Origin: Podarcis liolepis
Taxonomy: Eukaryota
Assembly (NCBI GenBank): GCA_965112155.1
Contig: OZ218100.1
Strand: one strand, 5' to 3'
Length of the DNA: 64,000 nucleotides
Below are positions 38,001 through 50,000 of this stretch, piece by piece. Position numbers and translations under genes: made by a program. Below the pieces are notes generated by a model, which saw only the letters and a list, made by a program, of their open reading frames with translations, did no database searches and was not told the DNA's origin. Numbering within the stretch: the first letter of the stretch is position 1; every line of letters starts with the position of its first letter.

Positions 38001-41000
38001 CATGCTTCATATGCCTGGTATAATTTTACTGAAATGCAACTTTGCTTTACTAGAGTTTATTATCCAGCCATGTCTTGAACTAAGAAACCTAAAATCTTGC
38101 TTCTTCGGACAGAAACAAACTATGAATAGTGAATTTTAAAAAATTGTATGCATGCACACTTCTTCAGATACACTGAAACAGAAGTTACCAGACCCTTATA
38201 CATAGTGAGAGGGTGGGGAGGGGTATTACTCAGAAGGGTGGTTGAAATGGGTGATTAGCTGATAGGTGTGGTAAACCTGTTGACGACTGTTAACAGGAAA
38301 AAGACCAATTGCAGTCATTAATGGTCATCAACAGGTTTACCACACCTATCAGCCAACCACCCATTCCCACCACCCTTGACTTCTCTTTCAGTGTATCTGA
38401 AGAAGTGTGCATGCACACGAAAGCTCATACCAATAACAAACTTAGTTGTTCTCTAAGATGCTACTGGAAGGAATTTTTTTTATTTTGTTTCGACTACAGC
38501 AGACCAACACAGCTACCTACCTGCAACTAGAACTATGAATAGTGGTTCACTCATAATGCTAAGCCAGTCTCTGCTTTGTTTCCTCCTGGCTTTAGAAAGG
38601 GAGAAGTAGGCAGGCCCCATTTGGGCAGCATGAACCAGCACACTTGCTTGCTCACATTACTAGCCCAATGTGAAATTAGACAATGGTACATAGATCTCTA
38701 AGTTGTTAGTGAACTATATTTATTCATTGGGCTATGCTGAACCGGACTTAAGAAAATTACCTTACTTTCAGAGTAATGATGTCATGCTTTACCATTTTTA
38801 CCTTCCCCATCATAATGTTGCTTAATGTATTTTGGGTGTTTTGAGCTGTAATATTAGAGGCAAACAATATAACATTTCATTATGATGACTTTATAAAATC
38901 CTTGCTGTGTTTGCAAATATATTATTTTTATATGAAGCTAAGTACATTGAGTACAGCTTACTTAATATCAGTCATTTCCTACGATATTCATAATTAAATG
39001 TTTTATTTAATTATTTTTTAAAAATACAATGCATCAATTAATTAGAGCATAAATCATGATTTTTTCCCCCCACAGGTGGGTGGCATATGAAAATCCTGAC
39101 TTCACAGGAGAGCAGTATATCCTTGATAAAGGACTGTATCCCAACTATGGTACATGGGGAGCTAAAAGTTGTAAGATCTCTTCAGTTCAACCCATAATTT
39201 TGGTAAGGTTTGTTTGTTCGTTCTGCTGGGTTTTATTTTATTTCCTACCAAGTTAGCTTGCTCCGTATTTCATTAATCAATATTCTTTCTGTATAATGTA
39301 TATTTCTGGAGTCATATTTGTCTCTTTTTCCCTCCATTTATTTTAGGACAACATGAGTGATCATACGGGGAAATTTAAGGTAAAACATCCAAGCTTTTAC
39401 ATAGCAAATATAGCAAGCTGAATTGAGATAACATAAAAAAAGACGAGTAGAGAGGCTGTAGGCAGAGAGATTCACAAAGTGGAATCAGTACCCTGGGAGG
39501 AGGCAGACTGAGTCCTTGTCAAGTTTTGCCAGATGCTTGAGAGAAAATGTGTATCTAATGCAAATGTCATGGTTCTTTTAATGCAAGAACAAATGTATTT
39601 GCAGGTGATGCTCAGGGTTTCCTAAAATACTCAGGCTTTTGCGAAAGGACTTTTCAATCTTCCCAGGGTGCTTCTCTACATGGTATCATGTAGACATGGC
39701 CAACACATGGAAGGATAATACTGGTTTTGGCAGTGGGGAAGCACCCACAAATTTTGGTTAGCCTTAGCTACTGGCCAAAATGTGCAGTCACCATCAGCCC
39801 TGCTCATCCCCTGACTCTTGAGAGGGATCTTGCCTGATGTTGGCTGAGTTCCAAGGCATTTGGAAGCATAGGAGCGCTCTGCTTCAGAAGCTCAATATGA
39901 CTATAGGTGTGAGTTCCCACCTTTGTCTGAAGTACCAAGCTCAGGAATGGGATCTCATCAAGATTGAAAAATCTCACTGCTTTCAAGTTGAACCAACATT
40001 CAGTCTGTTCAAGCTCTAGCCTGTTTTTCATTCTTCACTGTGACAAGAACACATCAGATCAAAAGATACTGTTGCCAGTGGAGCCCTAACAATAAGGGAA
40101 AAGACAGTTTGTCTATCTTAGAATAAAGTTTCACTTCCAGGTCAGCAAATGAAATCAAGAATTGACTGTCAAATTCTACTACAAAGTCATCTTTGTAAAA
40201 TAGTTTGGAAATACTTCTTACATAAATGTACATTACATACATTTTTAGTTTAGTTTAAAAAAATGTTTTGCTTGTATTCAGAGATAATTAAAATGATATC
40301 AGAATTATTTGTTTAACAACATGGGGTGATACCCAACTAAGTGCATTAGTTAAATTCATTTATTTCTGCAGGTCTTTTCTGACACTCACTATGTTGGAAT
40401 TGTCCTGAGCACAATGTTTAGTGTTTAACGTGACCTGCTTTGTCTTTAAAGGTCCAGCTATTTTCGGAACCAGAGTTCCAGGGTAACTGTCAAATATTTG
40501 AGAAAGATACTTCAGAGATCGAGGAGACATTCCTTGCTATGTCTTCAAAAGTATTATCTGGCAGGTGAGTACGAAATTGCATCATTGAACTCCCAAGCAA
40601 GCAAGCTTCTGAGTGTGCAACAGATACAAACCATCTGGGTAACGCTGAATGGGCTCAGGGTGGATGCATCTTCCCATTTGGGATTAGTGGAATCAAGGTT
40701 TTTGTTCTTAATAGTAAAATCTGTCTAAAAATGTAAGGGAGCAACTAAGGATAATGACAAGCATTTTGTGTATTCAAAAGTGTAGTGGAAGGGATTTGAA
40801 TGCACACTTCTTGGCTTGATAATGATTATTTCCCCACCCTTTAGAATGCATGTCTCTGCTCATTCTGAATAACTTCGCACAAGAACATGTTGATACTGCA
40901 TTGCATGATGCTAAGTCTCTTAAACATATCAGTAAGGAAACATGTATTTTTAAAAGCCCATTAATGGAATATTCTTATTCTTTATTGATGAAGAATAATG

Positions 41001-44000
41001 CTACATCTGACTGAGCACCCGGGTAGCAGGCTTTCAAGCTATACAGAGCTTGGGTTGAAATGGCAATTAACAAAACTAACAATTAAGAAAACTGGCAATT
41101 AACAACAAAGCAAGAATTTAACATTGCCATTTTCTTCTTTTTTGCAGTTGGATTGCATATGATGAAGAAAATTTCTCTGGAAATCAGTATGTGTTAGAAG
41201 AAGGAGCCTATCCTAATCTGTCTGCAATGGGTTGTCTACCCAAAACATGCTTGAAGTCCTTCAAAGTTGTAAATATTGTAAGTTTTACAAAGAGTTGGAT
41301 AGCCATTGCAAGCTGAAATTGCCTCATTACTGAGCTAAGTTTTTATGACTAAGTTATAGAAACAAAAGTGACCTCAAAATGTGCTTCTAAATAGTTTATT
41401 TGGGGGAGAGGAAGCATATATTGTAGCTCTATGGAGCTGACAGCAAATTAGCATGGAACAACCTGCATGGCTATCTGTATTTTTAGATGTTGCAAAATCC
41501 TACCATTAATTGTTGGTTTATGTAACAAATTTTGTATCCCACCCTTCAGTACATATTCCTAGGGTAGCTCATGATTAGTAAAAAAGCAATTCAAAGAATA
41601 ATCCAGCAGTTAAATCTTTGCTAAACTATTTCTCAGGGTTGATTCTGTGACTTCAGGAAGATCAGGCTGCAAACATGAATTAATTCAATTAGAAGATTAA
41701 TCAACTAAAGCAAAAATTCCCACCATTAATTGAGGGCCAGAGTAAATATGACAGGGCAGCTACATGTATTTCATAGAATCATACAGCTATAGAATAGTAG
41801 AGTTGGAGGGGTCCCCAAGGGTCATCTAGTCCAACCCTTGCAATGAAGAAATCTCAGCTAAATCATACATGAGAGATGCCATCCAACCTCTGCTTAAAAT
41901 TTTATTTACCTTGTAAAGTTTTCCCTTAAAATGAGAACCCTTAAATTCCCAGAACATATTCTTGCTTCAGTTGGTACATGGTAAATCCCTCAATTTCAAG
42001 AGATATCAGGATTCTACCTATCACAAAGTTTCTCTTGCTGGCTATTTTAAAAGCATCCAAATTAATCCTAAGCAACATAGAGCATTTTGTGCCCAGCCTT
42101 CCTCCCCTTTGTATAACTTGAGTCCTTTCTGTTTCCTCTGACCTTCTTTCAATTCTTTAATATTCTCTAAAGTATATTCCCTCCCACCTTCCTTTATACT
42201 TGCACTCCTTTTATCTGTCCTTAAATCCTTAGTCCTTTCTCACTTCCAGCCAGCATTAATGCTTTTTTGCTTCTGATGGCTGCCTTTTATACAGCCATTG
42301 TACACCAGAATGTCTTCCTCAACCTCCCCTCTCAACATTTCCCTTTCAGCCTGCCTACATTTACAATCAGGTCAGCTGTCTTGCCGGCCCCTCCCCTTCA
42401 CATACATCTGTTGATATAAAGTAGAGGATGAGTTTCTTGAAGGAGGAAATGAGTGAGCAAAATGTTCACGGAGGATGCAGTAGGACAAAAGATATTCCTA
42501 TATTGCCAATTGAATTGGCTGATTCCTGCTTTCTTGCTGTACTATGCACCACAAGAAGACAGGAATGCTCAATTGTCCCAGCTTCCCAGGGTGGTCAATG
42601 CTGCCTTATTTGCCCTTATTGCTAATGGTACATAATCAAATCTGATTGGCTACATAATACCATGATGTCATATTGTTAATTTATAATCCCTGATTGGCTA
42701 GAATCACACAAGGAGTAGGTGTAAAGTGCCATGAAATGAAGAAGACAAAGTATTTGGGAAAGTTTCAATGAGTATTTCATACTCCACGCTTGTTTTTCTC
42801 AAGATAAAAATTCATAGCAGCACTAGAAAAAAATGTAGTAGAAGTGCTTACTTCTTAATAAATACACAGTATTCATTTAATTGACCACGAAGGCCCAAAG
42901 CCCATAAATTACCTGCTCTACATTTGTCTAGTAGTAGTCGTCAATTTTAGGCACAACAGATTCAACCGCAAAGCAAAGCTTTGTATTTAGCAATTTGGTA
43001 GTTGTTAATTTGCACTGAAAGAAGCTGTTGGTGCTAAGTAAATGTTTTCTTTGAAAGTTCTGTTAACAAAACAAACAAATGGCAAGGCACCTGCCTTTTC
43101 ACATCAATAAACACCTTGAAGATTTGCAGGTTGTGCTAACATACTAAAGAAGTATCACTAAACAGCATGCCTGGAATCTAATTTATATCTTGCTTATATA
43201 TAAACAAGATAATTCCACAGACTTGGAAGGCTGTTTTACTCAGATGTTCATGGGCTCTGCTGAGAAGCCAGCTGCCTTTGGCTTTTCCTCAACTGTCACC
43301 TAGGAGCGCCCATTTCATCAAGCTGCACCAGAGACACAGAAGGAAAGCAGGACCATTTCATCGGCTCTGCTAAGAAATCAACTGCCTTTGGCTCTTCCTT
43401 TTTCTCATATGTCAGCTGCCGAAGGCCTCTTCATCAGGCCAGCTGAATTGTTCTATCTCAGCTGGTTTATATAAGAATTGTAATTCTAAGAATTGGTGCC
43501 CAAGTTCTCCTACTCAGTTTGAGACTATTTAAGTATTTTTGTCACACCCCTGTCATTTCACTATAATTTTTTCTTAAAGCATATACCGTATTTATTTGAA
43601 TCTAATGTGCCATTGAATCTAATGCCTACCTCAATTTTCAAAACCATGTATACCCTAATTTTTGCGAAGTAATTTGGCCAAAAAAGATGTGCATTACATT
43701 CGAGTAAATACAGTATTATTTCTCTCATTCAATGATTTTAATGCTGCAAAAGGATTTCTGTGCCAACTCCAAATCCTTCCCTACAAACTATATGGTCCTC
43801 ACCAATCTAAGCCTTAGCAGAAATGCCATGAGCACGTTTGAAACATTTTGTATGACAGTGAGCTCCTGTTGCTCGGTCCCTGCTCCTGCCAACCTAGCAG
43901 TTCGAAAGCATGTAATGTGCAAGTAGATAAATAGGTACCGCTCCAGCGGGAAGATAAACGGCATTTCCGTGTGCTGCTCTGCTTCGCCAGAAGCGGCTTA

Positions 44001-47000
44001 GTCATCCTGGCCACATGACCCGGAAGCTGTACGCCGGTTCCCTTGGCCAATAAAATGAGATGAGCGCCGCAACCCCAGAGTCAGTCACGACTGGACCTAA
44101 TGGTCAGGGGTCCCTTTACCTTTAAGACACCTTGACTTTATCTATACCTTGTCTAGAATTATAAATTAGTAACTCTTGTGCATGGAATAAGTGCATAAAA
44201 TAAATGTTATGTATAAAATCCAGAGTAGCAGAGTTTAGAGTTCTTACTTTGTAAAGAATTACAGATTTGCAGCACATCTGTTTGTCCATATAGCTGTAGG
44301 AAAAGTTCTGCAATTTTAGCTGTTGCTGACTCATGAAAATGCCAGCCAAGAATGGAAGGTGTGGCTGTAAGTCATCACCTTGCTTCTCTTTCCAGTTTTC
44401 ATCCCACACTTGAAATAACTTTTTCATGAGTAATGCCTTTTATACAGACTTGCCACCTAGTCAGTTCCAGACCAGAGGACTTGTTTTTCATTTCTCTGAA
44501 AAGATAGCTGTATTAGATAAGTTATTTAGCTTGAACTGAGGACTTGAAGCCTTTCCAGATACCATGGTTTACAGTACAGTATTACTGAACTAACCTCCCC
44601 AACCATTCCTATGTTGGAGAATTGTTCAAAGGCAAGTTGCTGTAACATTACAGTTTTAGCTAAGGTAATAGCAATGTAATGCAGCACTGAGGTCGGGGAT
44701 GACCCAGATTTAAGTGGTGTATAGTGCTTGATGAACATCTCGCAACTGTCCAGCACATTAGTAAACATCAGATGTGCAAGAAATAAACAACCTTCTCTTT
44801 TAAAACAGGAACTTTCTGAGCCAACCATAGCCCTTTTTGAAAAGGAAGACTTCAACGGAAAGAAAATGGAATTTACTACTGAGGTCTTAAACCTCCAGTT
44901 CCTTGGCTACAACCGTCATGTGGCTTCAGTAGATGTCCATGGTGGCATGTAAGTTCACTTTCTGAAGTGAGGGATTTGTTATTTGTAGAATGAACTAAGT
45001 GAGGCTTACTTACATGTACAGGGTTGCACTGTTAAGTGGAATTTTGTAGATACACTGTCTTTTAAAAAGATGTTCCTGTCTCTAAGGCAGGGATAGGGAC
45101 TATTTTTCAGTCCAAGGACCACATTCCCTTCTATGGAACCTTCCAGAGACCAGATCTCAGCAGCAAGGGGATCAAAGGCATAAGTAAGAAGAGCAATGAC
45201 TCTGACTCTTACCTTTCTATACTGGGCTACACACCAAAGTCGGGCGTTGGTGCACTCTTTGTGCAATCAAGAGACATCATACAGTTCAAGGATGCATTCC
45301 AGCCAGACAAAAACACAAGGACAGTGCAAAGCGTGGCTAGTGAGAGGTGTGGCCTCTGAAGAATACCAAGGACCAGACAGAAAGGCCTGGGGTTCACCTC
45401 TGGGCCTGAGGTTCCTCACCCAGTGTTAGAAACTGAGATATGATGGCTAGGAGCTAAATGGCACCTGAAACCGAGGTTATGGGCGCAACAACAGAATGTC
45501 TAGGCACGCTTTTTTATAACAAGAATACAAAGCTGAAAATGAATGAACCGCAGCTAAAATTCTATGTTCATTTTTTTACATGATCTAGTCCTTCCCCTGC
45601 CCACCCCCTAATATTTTTTAAAGGGTCTCTTATCCATTCTTCTCAGAGTAGCTGGAAGTGGGGAGGCAGAAAAAAGTCCTCCTTTCCTTCCACTCTGCAG
45701 CTTTAATCTGAAATCTTAGGCGCAGTACTGCGCCCAGAGCTCAGAAATTGCTCACACTTATAGATTTCTCAATTGCAAAATGTGCCTAGAACAATGGAAG
45801 TTTTGAACACTGTCCTCACCCCTGCTGTAAGAATTTGAACCTGGGTATTTTAGGCTGTCTTAACTGACGCGAGGATGAACTCAGGCTTGTTACTCTGTCA
45901 ATCACTACTCAGTAGTGGTTTATGTAGCAGGACATTATCTAAATACACCATGTTTAACAGAATTGCCAGAAAACTCATTCAAGGTGAAAATTCAGGTATC
46001 TGCATGTCCTCGCATTTTTTTTAAAAAAATGGTTAGTTGCCTTGGGCCTAGTGGTGACATAATGTTTATCCATAATTTGTAAAGATCCCAAACCATGAAA
46101 CAAAGCCAAGTTTCCGTGGTTTTCCTTTCCAAGCTAAGGCCTACTCCAAGACTGTAGGGTAGGGAGATGTTGGCAAGGTCTGCTGTCTACCTTGCAAGCA
46201 GAGGCTAGAAAAATGGGGAAAGGGGTGGGATAGGGTGCTCAGTTCAGATATAATTCTTACTACATACTGTGAATTTTAAGCCCACTTCATACCCTGGCTT
46301 CATATCCCAGTTAGCATTGGATCATTAATCATGGATTAGTCAAGTGTTACTGCATAATTTTTTGATTAACCCCCCCCCCCCGTAAATTAATGTCTGTGGA
46401 TCAGTTTGTTAGTTACTTTACAAGCTTCGGGTGGCTTGAGCAAAGGACAGACCTGAACCCATCTCAGCTTTCACAGTGACATTTCCTGCTTTTTATTAGG
46501 CCTTTTAAAAGATATTGGCTGTTATGATGGTTTTATTGTGCTCAAACATACACCACTGTTCTATGCAATATAGTCATAAAGCCACCCACCTAAACGTATT
46601 CACTTAGAGGCAACTCTCACTGGTTTTCATGAGGCATAATAATAGTAGATCTGCTGCTTAAGCAAGATATATATATACTGTTGTATGTAATTGTAAAAAT
46701 GTCACCATGCTGTGTTGGGCAGCCATGCAAAGTGCAGTGTGACAACAGAATAGGCAGGCAAATGAGCAGGCAGCCCTGGCAATATGCATGGGGGTTGGGA
46801 GGCCAAGATGAGCCACAGGAGAATAGCCAGGTCAGACCAGAACAGCTTCCCAGCAACTGTATTGCTCTGCTGTTGCTGTACACCTCAAATCAACGATGCT
46901 GTTTCAGTGTCAGCTAGGTAGGAGGCCAAGATTGGGGGGCGCGGGGAGAGATGGCAGGAGAGCAGGAGGCTCGGGCCTGTCCTGCTTATTCCTCTGGAGA

Positions 47001-50000
47001 GAAGGAGAAAGCAGCTTTCATCCCCACCCCACATTCCATGCAAGAGGAAGAAGGAAGTCTGCTTTCTAACATTTTCTCTCCTATTCACATAGCATACTCC
47101 TCACAGCAGCAGAGAGGATGACAACAAAGGGGGAAAGGACTTTCTCCTTTGGTTTCCTCCCCACAGCTGGCAACAGGGTGTAAAAAAAGGGGAAGGGGGG
47201 TTGGTGAAGTGTAAAACGGAGGGCCAACAATGGGCTGGCAGAAGTGGTGAGCAGGGTGAGAAGAGACACTAGTATGCCATACTACCGCAGTAAATATTTT
47301 CAAAAGGTTGTTTCTCCTCAGCACTTTTTAATGTACCTAGTTAGTAAAATATTGTTTGTTTCAGATGGATTATTTATGAATACAGTAACTATAAAGGTCG
47401 TCAGATTTTATTATCACCTCAGAAAATACCAAACTGGTATGAGTCAAGTGGCTACCACAAAATAGGTTCTCTACGGCCTTTACTACAGGTAAGACACTAC
47501 AATTTACTGTGGGATGTCAGAAGCGCCTGTGAATCTTCTATCTTTTTACTAGTACTATGACACTGATCAGCTCTCCTCCGATTCAATCCCTTTATCCTAG
47601 TATTGCACAAGAGTACCATGTTAATAACGTCATATTTTATGTATTTCCCTAATCCAGGGTTGCGATACTATTGTCTGTAAAAAGGGGGAAGCATCTTGAA
47701 GTGCTGTTCGTAATATTAATTACATTATTAGGTCAAGGTTAGCCAGACAGGGCTCATAATGTTTGCCGGTACTGTAGTGTTAAAAGCCATGATTTATTTA
47801 TTTACAGAAAAAAGCATATTTCAGACTGAGAAACAAAGTAACAAAGAAGTTCATGTCAACTGATGGAAATGGAGATGACTTGAATCTTCTTAGGATACAG
47901 GTTGTGGAAGATGCTAAATCTGATGAACAAGTCTGGATTTATCAAGATGGATTCATCAAATGTAGGGTAAGGTTCTGCCTTAATAATTACTTGCTAACAG
48001 CACCCATCCTATAGGAAAAATAGGAAATAACTTTTCTATACTGTGATAAGTGAATAGTAACTGAAATGGGAACATGAGCTCTTCAGCAGTTTGATGAAAA
48101 GCATGGTTTTATTTTGCGTCGGCAGCTTCGTAAAAGGGCTGGTGCCAGGCTTAGCGGGTCCTTGGCTTTTTAACACCAGTGGCTTTCCCCATCTGCCACT
48201 GCTGCCTGGCTCTGTTGCTGCCCCCTGACATTGCTACTACTGCCAGTCATTTAACTCCCCCTCGGATGTATTTACGTGGTCGAAGCAGCATTGAAGCCTG
48301 GGAAATGGAGCACACTCATGAAGGATTGGGGATGACATGGCTCCCATCCAAAAGGTTGCCCACTGGGTAAAACATATAAGGAGAGTAACAGTTAAAAGAA
48401 GCACCTTGGTGGGGAGGCTCTGATGTCAGCCCTGGTGAGACTGCCAGGATGCACTGAGCCCCAACAGCTGCCCATGTTGGATTTCCTATGAGTGCAGCCC
48501 CACAGTGATTCTTAAGGGGAAAGCAAAAAGGACTTTGACCAGAGGCTATATTCCTCTTGGCCCCCCCCCCCTTATTATTTGCTGCACTAAGTAGCTGTAC
48601 CTTGTGTTCAATGCAACTTTTTTAAATGCTTCTTTATATTAAAAAAATAACAAGATTACTAAAGACATGAAAGTGCTAAAATAATAGCTGCTTTACAGGA
48701 GGAAGATACTGGATTTTTCAGGGTTTTTATAGTCTCTCTTGCTGACTTTTTTGAGCCCTTTGAAAGCAATGAGTCTATATAATTATTATTACTGACCTGG
48801 AACCTTGACAAATATAGAAGGAAATGTTGAGTTTTGAAAGCAGTCTTTTAGACAATTTATTAATAATTCTATTGCTGTTTGGTTCCTGCTTTATAGTGGA
48901 AATATGTGTTGTTTCAAAATCAAATTGTGAACGTCTACATCAAGGCTTGCAACAGTGGTGCCTGCCAACACTAGCCTAGCAGCTAGACCTAAAAAAAATT
49001 GCTTGGAAGTAAATCCTGCTGCGTTACATACTTTGATGATCAAAGTAAAAAAAATAAATCAGGCCGTAACATCAAAACAAAGTGAACAGAGCTTGAGTGA
49101 CAAGCCATGTGTCTTTTTTTTTTAAGTTGTATAACTTGACCTAAAACATTCTGCCAAAGGAATAGATTTCTCAACTCACAGTGGAATGGGTTTCTTTCTT
49201 GCAATAAACCAAGAGCATGTCTCAACATGGAGCAAATAGAAGCTGTGCACTTACAACAGGCTGCAACACTGAACGGGTTGAGTTTAATGCCTCATCTTAA
49301 CACATTGGAAACATTAAAGTGATATTAAACCATTACTTTTCATATGTCTTCATTTCAGCACTCAGTTGAATTCTTGCAACCCAGTCTGAAGTAGATAAGA
49401 ATAATACCGTTTTTGTCAACGTACAACCTGTATACAGTGAAATTAACTGAGCCTCTCCCCCCCAAACACTCAATCTCATTGCACTCCGTGTGCTTGTCAC
49501 ACAACACACCAACCCCAAAAGTCAGTTGCACTATATTATTTTCCGTTCAGCAGCCTAACAACCTAGAACAGTAGAACTATTACTTAGCCATTGCTCAGTA
49601 ATATACACTTTGTATGGTCTCCAGCTGGGAATTGCATTACATCTAGCTTGTTCTGTCTCTCATGGCATCAGTCATCCATTCAACATAGCAGGGATAAATT
49701 ATCTTTAATTCAGACAAGTTTATGTGGAAGTAGAGTGTTATTAGCAAGCTGCTTTGGTGAACGTATACAATGACAATGAGTTGTGATATTTGTTGTGATA
49801 TTTGTGATACTGCTTAATTATAATACATTGAGACTTAATTGCCAGCCACCTTGGGCATTTTTAAATCCTGCTTTTCCATAAAAACGTAACAAATAAATAG
49901 TTCACAGGCAGAGGGCCTTCTAGTAGTGGTGCCTACCCTGTGGAACACTCTCCCATCAGATGTCAAGAAAATAAATAATTACACGACACCTGAAGGCCGC

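Noticed and set aside
38145-38172. Third hammerhead on the - strand
   Set aside because: Truncated before the GAAA box (reads ...gcatacaattt)
42640-42702. Paired inverted CCAAT boxes (ctgattggcta x2) as an antisense promoter
   Set aside because: No CpG island, TATA box or downstream exon evidence; could equally be a repeat remnant
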